In this document: positions 63,592 through 64,000 of the stretch, piece by piece
Layout of the letters: each line of letters begins with the position of its first letter
How positions within the stretch are numbered: the first letter of the stretch is position 1
DNA from: Candidatus Zixiibacteriota bacterium
GTDB taxonomy: Bacteria > Zixibacteria > MSB-5A5 > GN15 > FEB-12
Assembly: GCA_035380245.1 (NCBI GenBank)
Contig: DAOSXA010000002.1
Coordinates: 268,625 to 332,624 of the forward strand
Direction: 5' to 3'
DNA: 64,000 nucleotides
Translations under genes and position numbers: made by a program
The notes under the pieces: model-generated
The model's database searches: none
What the model was told of the DNA's origin: nothing
Seen by the model: the letters and a program-made list of their open reading frames with translations, nothing else

Positions 63592-63822
63592 GAACGACAA
63601 TTTGGGACGGGGATCATAAGCCGGATTTTGGCCAACGTCCGGTGCCAATTAGGCTGTAGGCGGGCCCCCTTCGAATCCACCCTTGACATACCCCGGTAAT
63701 TGCAGGTCGAAATCCCCTTGTCGCCGAAGGCGACACGCGAAGCGAGGTTTCGACAATACGAATCGTTGTTATCGTCACAGATCGGGGTCCGGATTGAGCG
63801 AGGGCATCGCTCCCCCGCCCGG

Positions 63823-64000
63823 TTAGTCCTTCTTCTTGGGATAAGTAACTCGAGCTACGATAATCGAGACTTCGTAGAGCAAATAGACCGGTCCGGCCAG
63901 CAGAAGCTGTGTGAACACATCCGGGGGAGTTAGAATAGCCCCAATAATCAAAATGCCGACAATTGCATAGCGTCTGGCTTTAGCCAGCGCCTGCGGTGAG
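63823..64000 (-). CDS. tatC: Twin-arginine translocase subunit TatC, 3' end (truncated by the window edge)
   Basis: Hand translation gives ...RRYAIVGILIIGAILTPPDVFTQLLLAGPVYLLYEVSIIVARVTYPKKKD*. This contains the conserved TatC C-terminal LTPPDV..Q...A.P...LYE motif. Confidence 0.8.
   Translation of the reverse strand, partial: SPQALAKARRYAIVGILIIGAILTPPDVFTQLLLAGPVYLLYEVSIIVARVTYPKKKD

Noticed and set aside
63436-63648. A 70-aa minus-strand ORF, and the plus-strand ORFs 63171-63563 and 63700-63933.
   Set aside because: The 70-aa ORF and 63171-63563 overlap the tRNA-Gly gene, and 63171-63563 is also antisense to the DUF512 gene. 63700-63933 overlaps the tatC 3' end. Their translations simply mirror tRNA or antisense sequence.
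63630-63650. TTGGCAC-CGGACG-TTGGCC between tatC and tRNA-Gly, considered as a possible sigma54 promoter.
   Set aside because: The spacing between GG and any GC is off by 1-2 nt and the -12 element reads TTGG. No sigma54-type target gene lies downstream; only a tRNA does.
1-64000. A search for mobile elements, CRISPR arrays, toxin-antitoxin pairs, restriction or other defence genes, and prophage remnants.
   Set aside because: I found no transposase, integrase or recombinase motifs. There are no regularly spaced direct repeats and no nuclease, methylase or Cas-like ORFs. Both tRNAs lack flanking integrase genes or att-like duplications that I could see.

Overview
This 64-kb window comes from an unidentified flagellated diderm bacterium; flgH and flgI (L- and P-ring) are present, and I cannot assign a taxon from sequence alone. 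I call 64 protein genes and 2 tRNAs. All but one CDS lie on the minus strand.

In transcription order (high to low coordinates):
- tatC 3' end, then tRNA-Gly(CCC), then a PDZ/radical-SAM-like DUF512 gene and der.
- A 13-kb tightly packed string: GAF-PP2C phosphatase, RsbW-like kinase, STAS, a 645-aa HEAT-repeat protein, two receivers, cheR, two CheY-type receivers, a cheZ-like gene, P2-less cheA, cheB, a cytoplasmic PAS histidine kinase and a sigma54 enhancer-binding response regulator. An intrinsic terminator follows.
- A sigma28-type promoter and motAB.
- A consensus sigma54 promoter, then flgB, flgC, a 107-aa unknown and fliEFGHIJ.
- A 1.4-kb interruption holding the only plus-strand gene (secreted, cohesin-like and dockerin-like) and a 70-aa four-Cys ORF behind a sigma28-like promoter.
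- A sigma54 promoter, then flgF, flgG, flgA, flgH, flgI, flgJ, flgN, flgK, csrA, flgL, fliW and a TPR-GT2-TPR gene.
- A sigma28 promoter with a long leader carrying CsrA-type GGA sites, then a 727-aa flagellin.
- fliD, fliS, a flgN paralogue, flgM and an HDOD gene.
- tRNA-Val, then thrS, infC (ATA start), rpmI, rplT and pheST.
- A zapB-like gene and zapA, then rny, ymdB and folD.
- A sigma54 promoter, then an OM beta-barrel/TPR protein, a fused RsbW-HAMP-PP2C sensor, STAS, an unlisted 58-aa ORF and a GGDEF cyclase.

I found no transposases, integrases, CRISPR arrays or recognisable defence genes.

The best candidate for a previously undescribed system is the composite string at 47.8-60.8 kb. 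It has no MCP and no CheW, and it combines a partner-switching module, a HEAT-repeat protein, a Che core and a sigma54 two-component pair. A second candidate is the SypE-like kinase/phosphatase fusion linked to a c-di-GMP cyclase at 0-6.6 kb.

All domain calls come from reading motifs in the translated ORFs, with no database search. I moved several track ORF starts: infC, cheB, fliH, flgL and the plus-strand gene.
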